NCBI GenBank assembly: GCA_049570475.1
Contig: CP186953.1
Location: forward strand, 992,001 to 1,056,000
Direction: 5' to 3'
Length of the DNA stretch: 64,000 nt
Origin: Candidatus Methanosuratincola verstraetei
GTDB taxonomy: Archaea; Thermoproteota; Methanomethylicia; Methanomethylicales; Methanomethylicaceae
The notes under the pieces were generated by a model. It was not told where the DNA came from and searched no databases. It saw nothing but the letters and a program-made list of their open reading frames with translations. This document shows, one piece after another, positions 9,053 through 18,098 of this stretch. A program made the position numbers and the translations under genes. The number at the start of each line of letters is the position of its first letter. Position 1 is the first letter of the stretch.

Positions 9053-10384
9053 TTGCGAGCAAAACTGTTGTTGATCTTTACTCTAGCGGTTCTGGTGGTT
9101 GCATCTCCTGTGATTGCTGCCCCCAAGGTGCAACTGCAAGCCTATTCAACCTGGGACTACGACATGGTAAACTTGGAAAAAGTGGGTCCGCAATACACCG
9201 GGAAGGGAGTCTACGTTGCAGTGCTTGACACAGGCCTCGCCCCCAACTGGAAGGACTACTTCCCCAAGGACAGGATCGCGACGAGCCTAGGGAAGGGCTT
9301 CAAGGAGGTCCTGACCTGGGATCAGAAAACCGGGGAGTTGATCGAGACAGGGAAGATAATTGAGACTACATACATCGGTTCGACAGGGAGCACCCACGGC
9401 ACCCACGTGGTGAGCACTATCTTGGGATACAACTACTATTCGCCCTTTGACGCTGCCGCCGGTTTCCCGCTGCCCCCGATCTTCATCAAGGGCATCGCGC
9501 CCGATGTGACAATAATCCCGATCAAAGTGCTCTCCGACTACCACATCCCGTACGCCCACAGCGGCGGGGGGGAGTATGGCGACTTAGTCTTCGGGACTGA
9601 CCGGGCAGTTGCTGCTGGGATCGACTATGCGACCAACTTGTACATCGCAGGTTGCCGCCCAATGATAATCACGATGAGCCTCGGCGGTCCGGAGCCTTCG
9701 CCAATAATAAAGGACGCGATAGACCGCGCAATAGAGAACGGCGTGATTGTGGTCGCGGCTGCAGGAAACGAGGGTGAAGAAGGCATGAGCTACCCCGGAG
9801 CATATGACGAGGTCATTTCAGTCGGGTCCTGCGGATGGACGCTGGAATGGCGTGACCCTTCTAATACATCTTACTTCAGGCTATGGTGGCTCCAGAGCCC
9901 TCACTATGCTTTCAGCGATGTTGCTGAGGACGACCCTAGCGTGATCTACATCTCTGACTTCAGCAGCAGACAGCTACAAGGCCAACATCTCGATGTAGTA
10001 GCCCCAGGCAGCTGGGTCAGGGGGCCATACCCCGGCGATCCGGGATACAGCCACCTGCCCTGGTGGAGCAACGGCTACCCGGCCCTGTTCAGGAGCATCA
10101 ACCCTGGCAACTTCTACTACCTCGGCGGCACTAGCATGGCAACACCTCATGTGACAGGCATCGTCGCTCTTATGCTCCAGAAGAACCCGACTTTGACCCA
10201 ATCTGAAGTTGAGAACATACTGAAGTCCACCGCATTAACAATACCGCCTGGCTCAGCCTGGGTATATGATCTGTACGATGCTAGTGGCGCATATGCCCCT
10301 GGCTTCTACCTCAGAACTTGGGGAGCAGATGCGACCGGATCCGGCTTGGTGCAAGCAGATGCTGCATTAGATGCTGTTCCATAG
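9053..10384 (+). CDS. Secreted S8 (subtilisin-like) serine protease
   Basis: Signal peptide; catalytic VLDTG (Asp), HGTHV (His) and GTSMATPHV (Ser); AAAGNEG oxyanion Asn. Confidence 0.9.
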   Translation: MRAKLLLIFTLAVLVVASPVIAAPKVQLQAYSTWDYDMVNLEKVGPQYTGKGVYVAVLDTGLAPNWKDYFPKDRIATSLGKGFKEVLTWDQKTGELIETGKIIETTYIGSTGSTHGTHVVSTILGYNYYSPFDAAAGFPLPPIFIKGIAPDVTIIPIKVLSDYHIPYAHSGGGEYGDLVFGTDRAVAAGIDYATNLYIAGCRPMIITMSLGGPEPSPIIKDAIDRAIENGVIVVAAAGNEGEEGMSYPGAYDEVISVGSCGWTLEWRDPSNTSYFRLWWLQSPHYAFSDVAEDDPSVIYISDFSSRQLQGQHLDVVAPGSWVRGPYPGDPGYSHLPWWSNGYPALFRSINPGNFYYLGGTSMATPHVTGIVALMLQKNPTLTQSEVENILKSTALTIPPGSAWVYDLYDASGAYAPGFYLRTWGADATGSGLVQADAALDAVP

Positions 10385-10395
10385 CAGCAATAAAA

Positions 10396-10415
10396 TTCTT
10401 TTTTTTATTTTTTTT
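10396..10415 (+). terminator. Oligo-T archaeal terminator after the S8 protease gene
   Basis: TTCTTTTTTTTATTTTTTTT lies just after the stop codon. Confidence 0.55.
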
Positions 10416-10486
10416 AAATTTTGATCATTTAATTTATTGCCGCCGCGTTTTATCGTCGAATTGGCTTATTTTTACTGGGAGAATAA

Positions 10487-10860
10487 GCAAGAAAGCTCCG
10501 ACCTTCAGGGAGGAGATGAATTGCAAATATATATATCTAAATGGTATAATAGTATTGATATGGAAGGAATTCCCGTAACCTATGTAGAGCCGAAAAACAC
10601 ATCGAAAGAGTGTTCTCGGTGTGGAAGCATAGGGATTAGGGAAGGAAAGTCATTCAAGTGCCCATATTGTGGGCACGTTGGCCATGCTGGCGTGAATGCT
10701 TCGTTCAATATAGCATCACGCCCTCCTTTGGTGGAAAGCATGAGCCAATCGCATGCAGACAGGGATGCATGCGAAGGGAGCACTGGCACCCCTGAAGGGG
10801 CAACTCTTGGAACGAGGGAGACCCTAGAACCTCCGAAGCTTTAGCGAGGGGAGTATGTCA
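10487..10860 (+). mobile_element. Internally deleted, non-autonomous IS200/IS605-family element
   Basis: Left-end hairpin GCAAGAAAGCTCCGACCTTCAGGGAGGAGATGAATTGC, right-end hairpin CTCCGAAGCTTTAGCGAGGGGAGTATGTCA, and a tnpB 3' fragment between them; lower GC than the flanks. Confidence 0.8.
10560..10844 (+). pseudogene. tnpB: TnpB C-terminal fragment (Zn ribbon + degenerate RuvC-III)
   Basis: MEGIPVTYVEPKNTSKECSRCG...FKCPYCG.VGHAGVNASFNIA. RuvC-I/II are missing and the RuvC-III Asp of 'HADxNA' reads Gly. Confidence 0.8.
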
Positions 10861-10908
10861 GCGCAAGGTTTAAAGCGATTGCATATTTAACAACCTTTGT
10901 AATAGTCT

Positions 10909-11451
10909 ATGATCCCCACAAAGGTATTCTTCGTGAAGGGCGTTGGGGTCCACAGGGAGCGATTGGCTGCCTTCGAGCTCGCGCTCCGCGACGCCGGCAT
11001 AGAGAAGTTCAACCTCGTGAACGTGTCGAGCATATTCCCCCCCAACTGCCAGATAATCTCGAAGGACGAGGGGCTCAGGCGCCTCTCCCCTGGCCAGATA
11101 ATCTACTGCGTCATGGCCAGGAACGAGACGAACGAGCCGAACAGGCTTATCTCCGCCGCGATTGGGCTCGCTGTCCCGCATGACCGCAACAGCTACGGCT
11201 ACCTTGCAGAGCACCACGACTACGGGATGAAGGGCGAGAAGGCGGGGGAGTACGCTGAGGATCTTGCAGCCACGATGCTCGCGACCACCTTGGGCATACC
11301 TTTCGACCCGAACCAGGCATGGGAGGAGAGGGAGCAGCTCTACAAGGCCAGCGGGCTCATCATAAGGACTACCCACGTCGTGCAGTCCGCCGAGGGCCAC
11401 AAGGAAGGCCTCTGGACATGTGTGGTCGCGGCCGCCATATTCGTTGAATAG
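10909..11451 (+). CDS. pdaD: Pyruvoyl-dependent arginine decarboxylase
   Basis: [24 protein letters not shown] with the Ser-Ser self-cleavage site. Confidence 0.9.
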   Translation: MIPTKVFFVKGVGVHRERLAAFELALRDAGIEKFNLVNVSSIFPPNCQIISKDEGLRRLSPGQIIYCVMARNETNEPNRLISAAIGLAVPHDRNSYGYLAEHHDYGMKGEKAGEYAEDLAATMLATTLGIPFDPNQAWEEREQLYKASGLIIRTTHVVQSAEGHKEGLWTCVVAAAIFVE

Positions 11452-11622
11452 GCTCAGACTCTGGCCGAAAAACGCGCGCTTACGAGAGGCTGGGAGAGGC
11501 ACCGCCCCGTCATTCTCGGGCGAGCTGCGTTGTCTTCTCCGGTCTTTGAATGGTCAATTAGCCCAAATGCAACCCCTCGAAGGCAGAACAAAAAATTACT
11601 TTTTGACCGAACTCTATCAGTC

Positions 11623-11905
11623 CTACAAAGCTGATCCGCAGTCCCCGCAATATCCCCCATCTCATTTCAATCGGTTTACCGCAGGCTTTGCAGAACCGGA
11701 GGGGGTACGACCGCCTGCCGAATTCCCCGCAGAAACCGTTCGTTTCAGGGTTCTTAGCAGAGCATTCCGGGCAAACGATGCATGTCATTTTCTGCGCATG
11801 GGCTTTAAGCGCCAATAAGAATGGGCTTGGAGAGAACAGTAGGAACCCTGCGCCCAGCCCCAAGCCGAAAAGCAGGCAGAAGCCAGAGCCGCCTCCGCCA
11901 GCCAA
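11623..11905 (-). pseudogene. Frameshifted double-zinc-ribbon gene resembling the C-terminus of the SPFH protein
   Basis: GGGGS..GLGLGAGF..CPECSAKNPETNGFCGEFG...FCKACGKPIEMRW, then continuation in another frame as GYCGDCGSAL* across a 5-nt G run (CCCCC at ~11654-11658 on +). Confidence 0.55.
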
Positions 11906-12031
11906 CTTCTGTTGCAGCCTCGTGCCAATCTCGGGCTTTGGGCTAATAAGTGCGCCGTGCCTCCTTTCCCCGACAACCCTTAATATCCCTCAACCCCATT
12001 ATCCACATGTAGTTGTCCGGAGGAGAATAAT

Positions 12032-13495
12032 TTGCCCCTCTTCAAGTCACTATCACCTCCAAGGGCAGAAATACAGATCGAGCTAGGAAAGGAGGAATTT
12101 GCCCTCGGAGAGACGTTGGAAGGGAGCGTACTGTTGAAATGCCTCGAGGACTTCGAGGTCCAGTCCGTCAGCGTAGATCTGGTCGGAAAGGAAATGGTGA
12201 AGGGCAACCTTCTGGACTACTCGGGGGACGACCAGACTCGGATCTACAGCCCCGTGACATCGCTGGCTCGCACCGCACGTCCCGCTGAGATCAACCTGCT
12301 GATGCACAGCAATCCCGCGCCTGTATCAGGCCCCTTCAAGGCATCCAAAGATTACATCGGGAGGTTCATGTTCAGGTTCTTCATACCGTCCCACCTCGGG
12401 CCAACTTACCAGGGGGGAAGGCAGGACGGCTCCTGGCTTCAGAGGACCTGGTTTGTCAAGGTCAATGTCGCGGTCGCAGGGAGGCCGGATCTTGAGGCTG
12501 CCAAGGAGATACGGGTCTCCATCCCGGCGCCCAAAATGCAGGCCGCAGCCGGGTCCGCAGCGTTCTCACCCGGGTCCAGCGCCGCGCCTTCGGATGTCCA
12601 AGGGGCTGCCGCAAAAGCGGGTCCCTCGGAGGAGCAGGTCCCCACAAACTGCCCAAGGTGCGGTGCCCCCTTCGCAGTGTCCCAGGAGGACATATTCGTT
12701 ACCTGCCGGTACTGCGGCTATTCAATGACTATCGCCTCCCGCCAGAGGCTGGGTAAGCACAGCATGATCGAGACGCGCCTCTTCAGGCAGCAGGTCGCCG
12801 AGGCTGCAAAAAGGTACATGGACAAAGGCATCTTCCGGATAGGGGTCGCAAAGGAGGCAGTGATCACAAACATCGTGCTGAGGTACCTCCCATTCTGGAT
12901 ATTCCGCGCCAACACGACCACTTCCTTCAGGGGGACGGTCGGAGGGGGCTTGGGGGCGCCTGTCGGGGGGTCCGAAGCCCAGGCAGCCGAGGTTCTCGGA
13001 AGGATCATAATCGCGGGTGCCGATGCCTACATGAGGAGCCGGGGCGGTCCCGGGGCGAGGATCGGCTACAGCCAGAGCGCCCCGAGGCCTGTGGCGCAGA
13101 CCTTCTCGAACAGCTACGTCTGGCCCGTCCTGGCAAGATCCAGCCTCATCAGCGAGGTCAATTTCTACGAAATCCCGGCGGAGAAGAAGATACCCTTCGA
13201 CCAGGGCAAGCTCCCTGCTGAGGCTGAGTTCCTCAAGCCAGAGATGAGCGAGGAGGAGGCCAAGCTCAAAGCCAGGGCTGAGATAGAGGCAAAGGAGCGG
13301 CAGATAGCCAGCCGGAAGGTCAGCGTTCTTGAGACCATCAGCACTACATTGTACCTGAGCGAGGGGGAGCTGATCCACGCGCCAGTGTGGTTCGTCTACT
13401 ACACGATAAAGGGCGACAACTATGTAATCGCCATTGACGGGTGCGAAGGCAGGCCCTTGGGGGGCGGCAGGCCAGCATTCAAGATAAGCCTATGA
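12032..13495 (+). CDS. Arrestin/Spo0M-like N-terminal domain fused to a YdjG-like Zn-ribbon protein
   Basis: N-terminus 'GETLEGSVLL..E.FEVQSVSVDLVGKE...FRFFIPSHLGPTY.G....WFVKVNV..GRPDL' (arrestin-N pattern); Ala/Pro linker; CPRCGA...CRYCG; YLPFWIF; PVWFVYY..G..Y..AIDG..G. Confidence 0.65.
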   Translation: MPLFKSLSPPRAEIQIELGKEEFALGETLEGSVLLKCLEDFEVQSVSVDLVGKEMVKGNLLDYSGDDQTRIYSPVTSLARTARPAEINLLMHSNPAPVSGPFKASKDYIGRFMFRFFIPSHLGPTYQGGRQDGSWLQRTWFVKVNVAVAGRPDLEAAKEIRVSIPAPKMQAAAGSAAFSPGSSAAPSDVQGAAAKAGPSEEQVPTNCPRCGAPFAVSQEDIFVTCRYCGYSMTIASRQRLGKHSMIETRLFRQQVAEAAKRYMDKGIFRIGVAKEAVITNIVLRYLPFWIFRANTTTSFRGTVGGGLGAPVGGSEAQAAEVLGRIIIAGADAYMRSRGGPGARIGYSQSAPRPVAQTFSNSYVWPVLARSSLISEVNFYEIPAEKKIPFDQGKLPAEAEFLKPEMSEEEAKLKARAEIEAKERQIASRKVSVLETISTTLYLSEGELIHAPVWFVYYTIKGDNYVIAIDGCEGRPLGGGRPAFKISL

Positions 13496-13562
13496 CCGAG
13501 ATCCAAATCGCCTTTAAATGCAACGGCGGCGTGTATTACTGTATAGGCAATGGGGTTTTGCG

Positions 13563-14087
13563 ATGGGTTCAGACACGCTTGGAAAAATAAGGGAGAGGCA
13601 GGGGATCTGGAGCAAGGTCCAAAACTTCCTGACAATGGGGTACGGCACGAAGGAGGACATACGCGAGGCCGACAAAGCCCTCAGGGAAAGCTACTACCAG
13701 AGCTTCAAGGAGATGCGGCAGAGGTGGTCCGAGATAAATCTCGCCGCGCTCGATGCTGGGCTCAAGGGCGACGACTTCAAGAAAGTCATGCAGGTCATGG
13801 ATCGCCTGATGGAAAAGGTCCACAGGGCTGAATACGGCTACGCCGGTCTATTCGACAGGAAGGGGAAGATAGGCGAGGAGGGCCTGGCTAGGAGCCTCGA
13901 CTTCGACAAGGAGTTCGGGGCAAGCCTCAGCGATCTCGAGTCGGAAATCGCCGAGACCTACAGGGCTTACGAGGCCGGGGACTGGAACTCCGTCTCCGCC
14001 AAAGCCAAGCTGCTCCGATCGAAGATCGTGAGCCTCGACGAGAAGTGGAACGAGAGGGAGAAGGTTTTCAGACCAATCGGGGTGTGA
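13563..14087 (+). CDS. Conserved all-helical hypothetical protein (SPFH-operon associated)
   Basis: GYGTKEDIREADKALR and RAEYGYAGLFD motifs; heptad-rich; 6 nt upstream of the SPFH gene. Confidence 0.7.
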   Translation: MGSDTLGKIRERQGIWSKVQNFLTMGYGTKEDIREADKALRESYYQSFKEMRQRWSEINLAALDAGLKGDDFKKVMQVMDRLMEKVHRAEYGYAGLFDRKGKIGEEGLARSLDFDKEFGASLSDLESEIAETYRAYEAGDWNSVSAKAKLLRSKIVSLDEKWNEREKVFRPIGV

Positions 14088-14093
14088 TGAGAA

Positions 14094-15170
14094 ATGCCAG
14101 TTATAGAGAGGGTTGCTTGGGACCATGCGGGACCGGAGGAGATAGCCTACCGCTTCCCGAAACTTACGCTCAAGTTCGGCAGCCAAGTGATAGTGATGGA
14201 GAACCAATGGGCTGTATTCTTCAGGGACGGGAAGGCCTATGATGTGTTCGGCCCGGGTAGGCACACAATAACCAGCGCCAACATACCGCTGCTAACTGCT
14301 GCCCTTAATAAGCTTGGGTTGATGGACAAGATCTTCGACTGCGAGGTGATATTCGTATCGAACAGCCAGATGCGGGCGAACTTCGGAGGGACCGCCTACT
14401 CTGCCCCGAGCGGGGACATAAAGTACCAGGCCGAGCTCGGGTACTTCGGCTACGCGCTCTACAAGGTCGAGGACCCGAAGCTCTTTGTGGTCGAATTCTT
14501 CGGGAACCGGGGCGCGATGACCTCGAGGGATGTCGAGAACTACATAAGGGGGTTTGTGAACGAAAGGATCATCAACGAGTTCGGGCGCCATGACATCTTC
14601 GAGCTGGTCAAGAATGTCGACGCCACGACTGACAAGGTCGCCCTGAAGATCAGCGATGAGGCAGCAAGGATTGGTCTGAGGATAATCGACGCCGTCTTCG
14701 AAGGGGTGAAGATACCTGAGGAGGCGCGGCGCTTCGCCTCAGGGATGGGTCAGCAGGCCATGATGATGCAGTACATGAAGGAGACCGCCTCAGAGCTGAA
14801 GGACAGCCAAGGAGGGGGCGCAGCTGCGGCCGGCCTCGGGGCAGGCGTCGGGCTGGGAATGCCATTCATACTCGCCCAGCAGATGGGGCAGGCCGGTGCC
14901 CAGATGCCCCAGCAAGTGGTCATATGCCCGTCCTGCGGCGCGAAGAACACTGCGAACATGAAGTTCTGCGGAAACTGCGGGAGCAGCCTCCTGCCGCCAT
15001 CGAAGCAGACGTGCCCCAACTGCAAGGCGGAAGTTCCTGAGAACTTCAAGTTCTGCCCGAACTGCGGCACACCCATAAAGAAGCCAGAGCAACCCGTTTG
15101 CCCCAAGTGCGGCGAGAAGAACCCGCCTGGGACAAAATTCTGCGGCAACTGCGGGGAGAAGCTTGCATAG
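14094..15170 (+). CDS. SPFH/band-7 domain protein (YdjI/COG4260-like) with three C-terminal Zn ribbons
   Basis: GSQVIVMENQWAVFFRDGKAYDVFGPGRHTITSANIP; Gly/Ala-rich hydrophobic patch; 3x CPxCG-x7-KFCxNCG. Confidence 0.85.
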   Translation: MPVIERVAWDHAGPEEIAYRFPKLTLKFGSQVIVMENQWAVFFRDGKAYDVFGPGRHTITSANIPLLTAALNKLGLMDKIFDCEVIFVSNSQMRANFGGTAYSAPSGDIKYQAELGYFGYALYKVEDPKLFVVEFFGNRGAMTSRDVENYIRGFVNERIINEFGRHDIFELVKNVDATTDKVALKISDEAARIGLRIIDAVFEGVKIPEEARRFASGMGQQAMMMQYMKETASELKDSQGGGAAAAGLGAGVGLGMPFILAQQMGQAGAQMPQQVVICPSCGAKNTANMKFCGNCGSSLLPPSKQTCPNCKAEVPENFKFCPNCGTPIKKPEQPVCPKCGEKNPPGTKFCGNCGEKLA

Positions 15171-15275
15171 GGCAATCCCCCATTCAAATATTTTTTCTTG
15201 GAGCAAAACTTGGAACATTGGGAGTTGTTGAAAGATATATCTGTGCGCAAAGTAAATTATATCAGGGTGAACCAT

Positions 15276-15488
15276 TTGGAGGCTTTCATAGTCGGGCACC
15301 TGCTCAATATGGAAGTCGATGTCTACTGCGGATGGAGCGATAAATTCTCTGGGAAGGTCGTTGCGTGCGCCGACGGTGTACTAACGCTCGAGACCGAGAA
15401 AGGCGTCTACACGCATATCGCTGTCGACAAGATAGTCGCAATCTGGAAGAGGCAGCAGCCGTGGATATCTGAAAGTCACCATCGCTGA
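15276..15488 (+). CDS. Small Sm-like protein (MM0924-like)
   Basis: TTG start after a GGGTGA SD; EVDVYCG...FSGKVVACADGVLTL....YTHIAVDKIVAIW. Confidence 0.6.
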   Translation: MEAFIVGHLLNMEVDVYCGWSDKFSGKVVACADGVLTLETEKGVYTHIAVDKIVAIWKRQQPWISESHHR

Positions 15489-15540
15489 TTCCTTGGGCCC
15501 AAGCCCTCTTTTTATCAATTATTCGGTCTTACTAAGAAGA

Positions 15541-15617
15541 TGGAGCCCTAGGGGGGGTTTGAACCCCCGACCAACGGTTTACAAAACCGTCGCTCTGCCG
15601 GGCTGAGCTACTAGGGC
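15541..15617 (-). tRNA. tRNA-Thr(TGT), CCA encoded
   Basis: GCCCTAG acceptor; ACGGT-TT-TGT-AA-ACCGT anticodon arm; GGTTCAAAC T-loop. Confidence 0.97.
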
Positions 15618-15756
15618 GAAATCTGGCATCTCGGATTATTCCGGAATATGGTTTAAAAATATTCCTGTGCCTGTTTCCCCGGATCCGCTTTTGGTGCCTG
15701 CTGTTTAGCCAGAATCAGAAGGATTAAAATAGCCGATTGTTGTAAAAAACTCCAAT

Positions 15757-15863
15757 GCCGGGGTGGCTCAGGCTGGCTAGAGCGCCGGACTCATAATCTA
15801 AGACCTGGACAAGGCGCTCGATGGGAGATCCGGAAATCGCGGGTTCGAGTCCCGTCCCCGGCA
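15757..15863 (+). tRNA. tRNA-Met(CAT), elongator type, with a 32-nt intron at 37/38 (15796-15827)
   Basis: GCCGGGG/CCCCGGC acceptor; CCGGA-CT-CAT-A; BHB with CUCA/UGGG helix and UAA/AGA bulges. Confidence 0.93.
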
Positions 15864-15878
15864 CTACTGCGAATCATT

Positions 15879-16565
15879 TCAGCTCCTGCTGAGGATCCTG
15901 ACCCCCGCGCCGTCCCCAAGGTATGCGCAGTGTGCCAGCCCGACGAAGAGGCCCACCTCGACCACGCCTGGGACCATCTTGATCTCTATCTCGAGCGCTC
16001 TGGGGTCTATGATCTCCTTGAATGAAGCATCGACTATGAAGTTCCCGTTGTCGGTCACTAGCGGGCCGTCTTTCCTGTCCCCGCCGTCCCTTAGCCTTGG
16101 TTCGCCACCCATCACGGCGATGGCGCGCATTACCTTAGCCCTCGCGAACGGCAGGACTTCCACCGGAAGCGGGAACTTCCCTATCCTCTCGACCAGCTTT
16201 GAGCTGTCCGCTATCACCACGAACCTCTTCGCAGATGAGTCGACGACTTTCTCCTTGGTCAGGGCCGCCCCCCCTCCTTTTATCAGGTTCAGATTGGGGT
16301 CGATCTCGTCGGTCCCGTCCACAGCAAGGTCCAGGGTTGGGTGCTCATCGAGCGTGCTCAGGCGAAGCCCATTCTCGACCGCTAGGTACGCCGACTGGTA
16401 GGATGTCGGGACGCAAATCAAATCCAGGCCCTCTTCCTTGACCCTCTTGCCAAGCAGCCCTATGAAGACCGCAACGGTGGATCCCGTCCCGATCCCGAGC
16501 ACCTGCCCGTCCGACACTTCTTTCAAAGCTGCCTCAGCAGCCCTCAATTTGCCAACTGACGCCAT
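15879..16565 (-). CDS. rpiA: Ribose-5-phosphate isomerase A
   Basis: GIGTGST, DGTDEID, IKGGGAALTKEK and VTDNGN motifs. Confidence 0.95.
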   Translation of the reverse strand: MASVGKLRAAEAALKEVSDGQVLGIGTGSTVAVFIGLLGKRVKEEGLDLICVPTSYQSAYLAVENGLRLSTLDEHPTLDLAVDGTDEIDPNLNLIKGGGAALTKEKVVDSSAKRFVVIADSSKLVERIGKFPLPVEVLPFARAKVMRAIAVMGGEPRLRDGGDRKDGPLVTDNGNFIVDASFKEIIDPRALEIEIKMVPGVVEVGLFVGLAHCAYLGDGAGVRILSRS

Positions 16566-16690
16566 ACGTTGATCAATCCAAAAGTGATCGGTTGGTGTAT
16601 TTAACCCTAAATTGGATTCTCAGCCTTTTTCCAGCAGCGTGGATAGAACTCATTCCAGGGATAAGTTGAAATTAAAAAAAACAATTGAGC

Positions 16691-17074
16691 TTACTCGATT
16701 CCTATCCTCTTGGTTATCTTTACCAACACGAAGATCACGAAGGCAACGATTATGAATGTTATCACCGCAACCAAGAAGTTCCCGACGCGGAATATCTGGC
16801 TGCCCACGGCCACTTCAAGCGTCGCGAGATCGGACATCCCTGGCAGAGCCAGCCCTATCAGTGGCATCAATATGTCCTTGACAAGCGACTGCGTCAATGC
16901 ACCCAAGTACAAGCCGAGGATGAATGCAACTGCCAGCCCCATGACCTTGTAATTCTTTATGAACTCCTTGAACTCGTTGATAAGGCCCTTGGGTGGCGGC
17001 GGCGGTGGCGGTGCAGGCTTGGGTTCAAGAAGCTTCCTTATTTGTCTCAATTCTTCCAGCATTTCATCTGCCAA
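16691..17074 (-). CDS. mscL: Large-conductance mechanosensitive channel (permuted architecture)
   Basis: [19 protein letters not shown]....[15 protein letters not shown]...[18 protein letters not shown]; N-terminal helix plus polyproline. Confidence 0.88.
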   Translation of the reverse strand: MADEMLEELRQIRKLLEPKPAPPPPPPPKGLINEFKEFIKNYKVMGLAVAFILGLYLGALTQSLVKDILMPLIGLALPGMSDLATLEVAVGSQIFRVGNFLVAVITFIIVAFVIFVLVKITKRIGIE

Positions 17075-17141
17075 ACGAATCCCCCCAAATCCTCTAGGTT
17101 TATTATTGTGGCTTCACATTAATAATGCCTGTGCATTGGCT

Positions 17142-17597
17142 ATGGCAATCGAGATCGCAACCTTTGGGATGGGTTGCTTCTGGGGCGCCGAGCACACGTT
17201 CAGGAAGGTCAACGGCGTGGTATCGACGGTCGTGGGCTACATGGGCGGGAGCTTGGAGGACCCGACATACAAGGACGTCTGCACTGGGAAGACCGGGCAC
17301 GCTGAGGTCGTTCAGGTCTTCTACGACCCTGAGAAGGTCTCCTACGAGCAGCTCCTGGAAGTCTTTTGGGAAAACCACGACCCAACGACGCTCAACCGGC
17401 AGGGGCCCGACGTTGGCAGCCAGTACCGTTCAGTGATCTTTTACCACACCCCTCAGCAGAGGGAGGCTGCATTGAAGATGAAAAACCAGCTTGAGCGTTC
17501 TGGCAGGTTCGGAAGGCCCATAGTAACCGAGATCGTGCCCGCAGCCAAGTTCTACAGGGCGGAAGAGTACCACCAGAAGTACTTAGATAGGCACTGA
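17142..17597 (+). CDS. msrA: Peptide-methionine (S)-S-oxide reductase
   Basis: [24 protein letters not shown] and AEEYHQKY motifs. Confidence 0.95.
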   Translation: MAIEIATFGMGCFWGAEHTFRKVNGVVSTVVGYMGGSLEDPTYKDVCTGKTGHAEVVQVFYDPEKVSYEQLLEVFWENHDPTTLNRQGPDVGSQYRSVIFYHTPQQREAALKMKNQLERSGRFGRPIVTEIVPAAKFYRAEEYHQKYLDRH

Positions 17598-17945
17598 TCC
17601 AGCAATTATTAATTGTTTTTTTATTTAACAATTAAACAGTAATCCAAAAAATAAAAAAAGTTTTTATCCCTTCTCTTGGAAGTATTAATCGGGGGCTGGT
17701 CAGGAACCTGGCCGGCTAGTGGGTGTGGGGCAGTTTAAAGTGAGGTTCAAATTCATACGTGAGACTGGGACTTATGTTGACATATACTTCATGTCCCAGT
17801 GTGCAACAGGTCAGGATCAACGGACAGCATATGAAATGTCATTCCTCGAGGCGTGAACCTGGGATTTTGCTGGCATTCTGATCCTAACTCAGCACAGTTT
17901 TTATCAGTTGTTACTGCATTCCATTAATCGGACCGGTCGTTTCAT

Positions 17946-18098
17946 ATGGACATTCTGAGGCTCGTGATGATCTCTGCCTTTCTCTTCATACTGTTGCTCT
18001 TTGTGAGCGGGACAATTGAGCGGCCTGAGATCGGGGTGCCGTCTTTCATTGCAGGTTTCGCTTGCGCACTCCTGTTGCTAAAGATCTTGCGGAGATGA
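17946..18098 (+). CDS. Putative 50-aa two-TM membrane protein (below the ORF-track cutoff)
   Basis: MDILRLVMISAFLFILLLFVSGTIERPEIGVPSFIAGFACALLLLKILRR*: two hydrophobic helices and a basic C-terminus. Confidence 0.45.
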   Translation: MDILRLVMISAFLFILLLFVSGTIERPEIGVPSFIAGFACALLLLKILRR

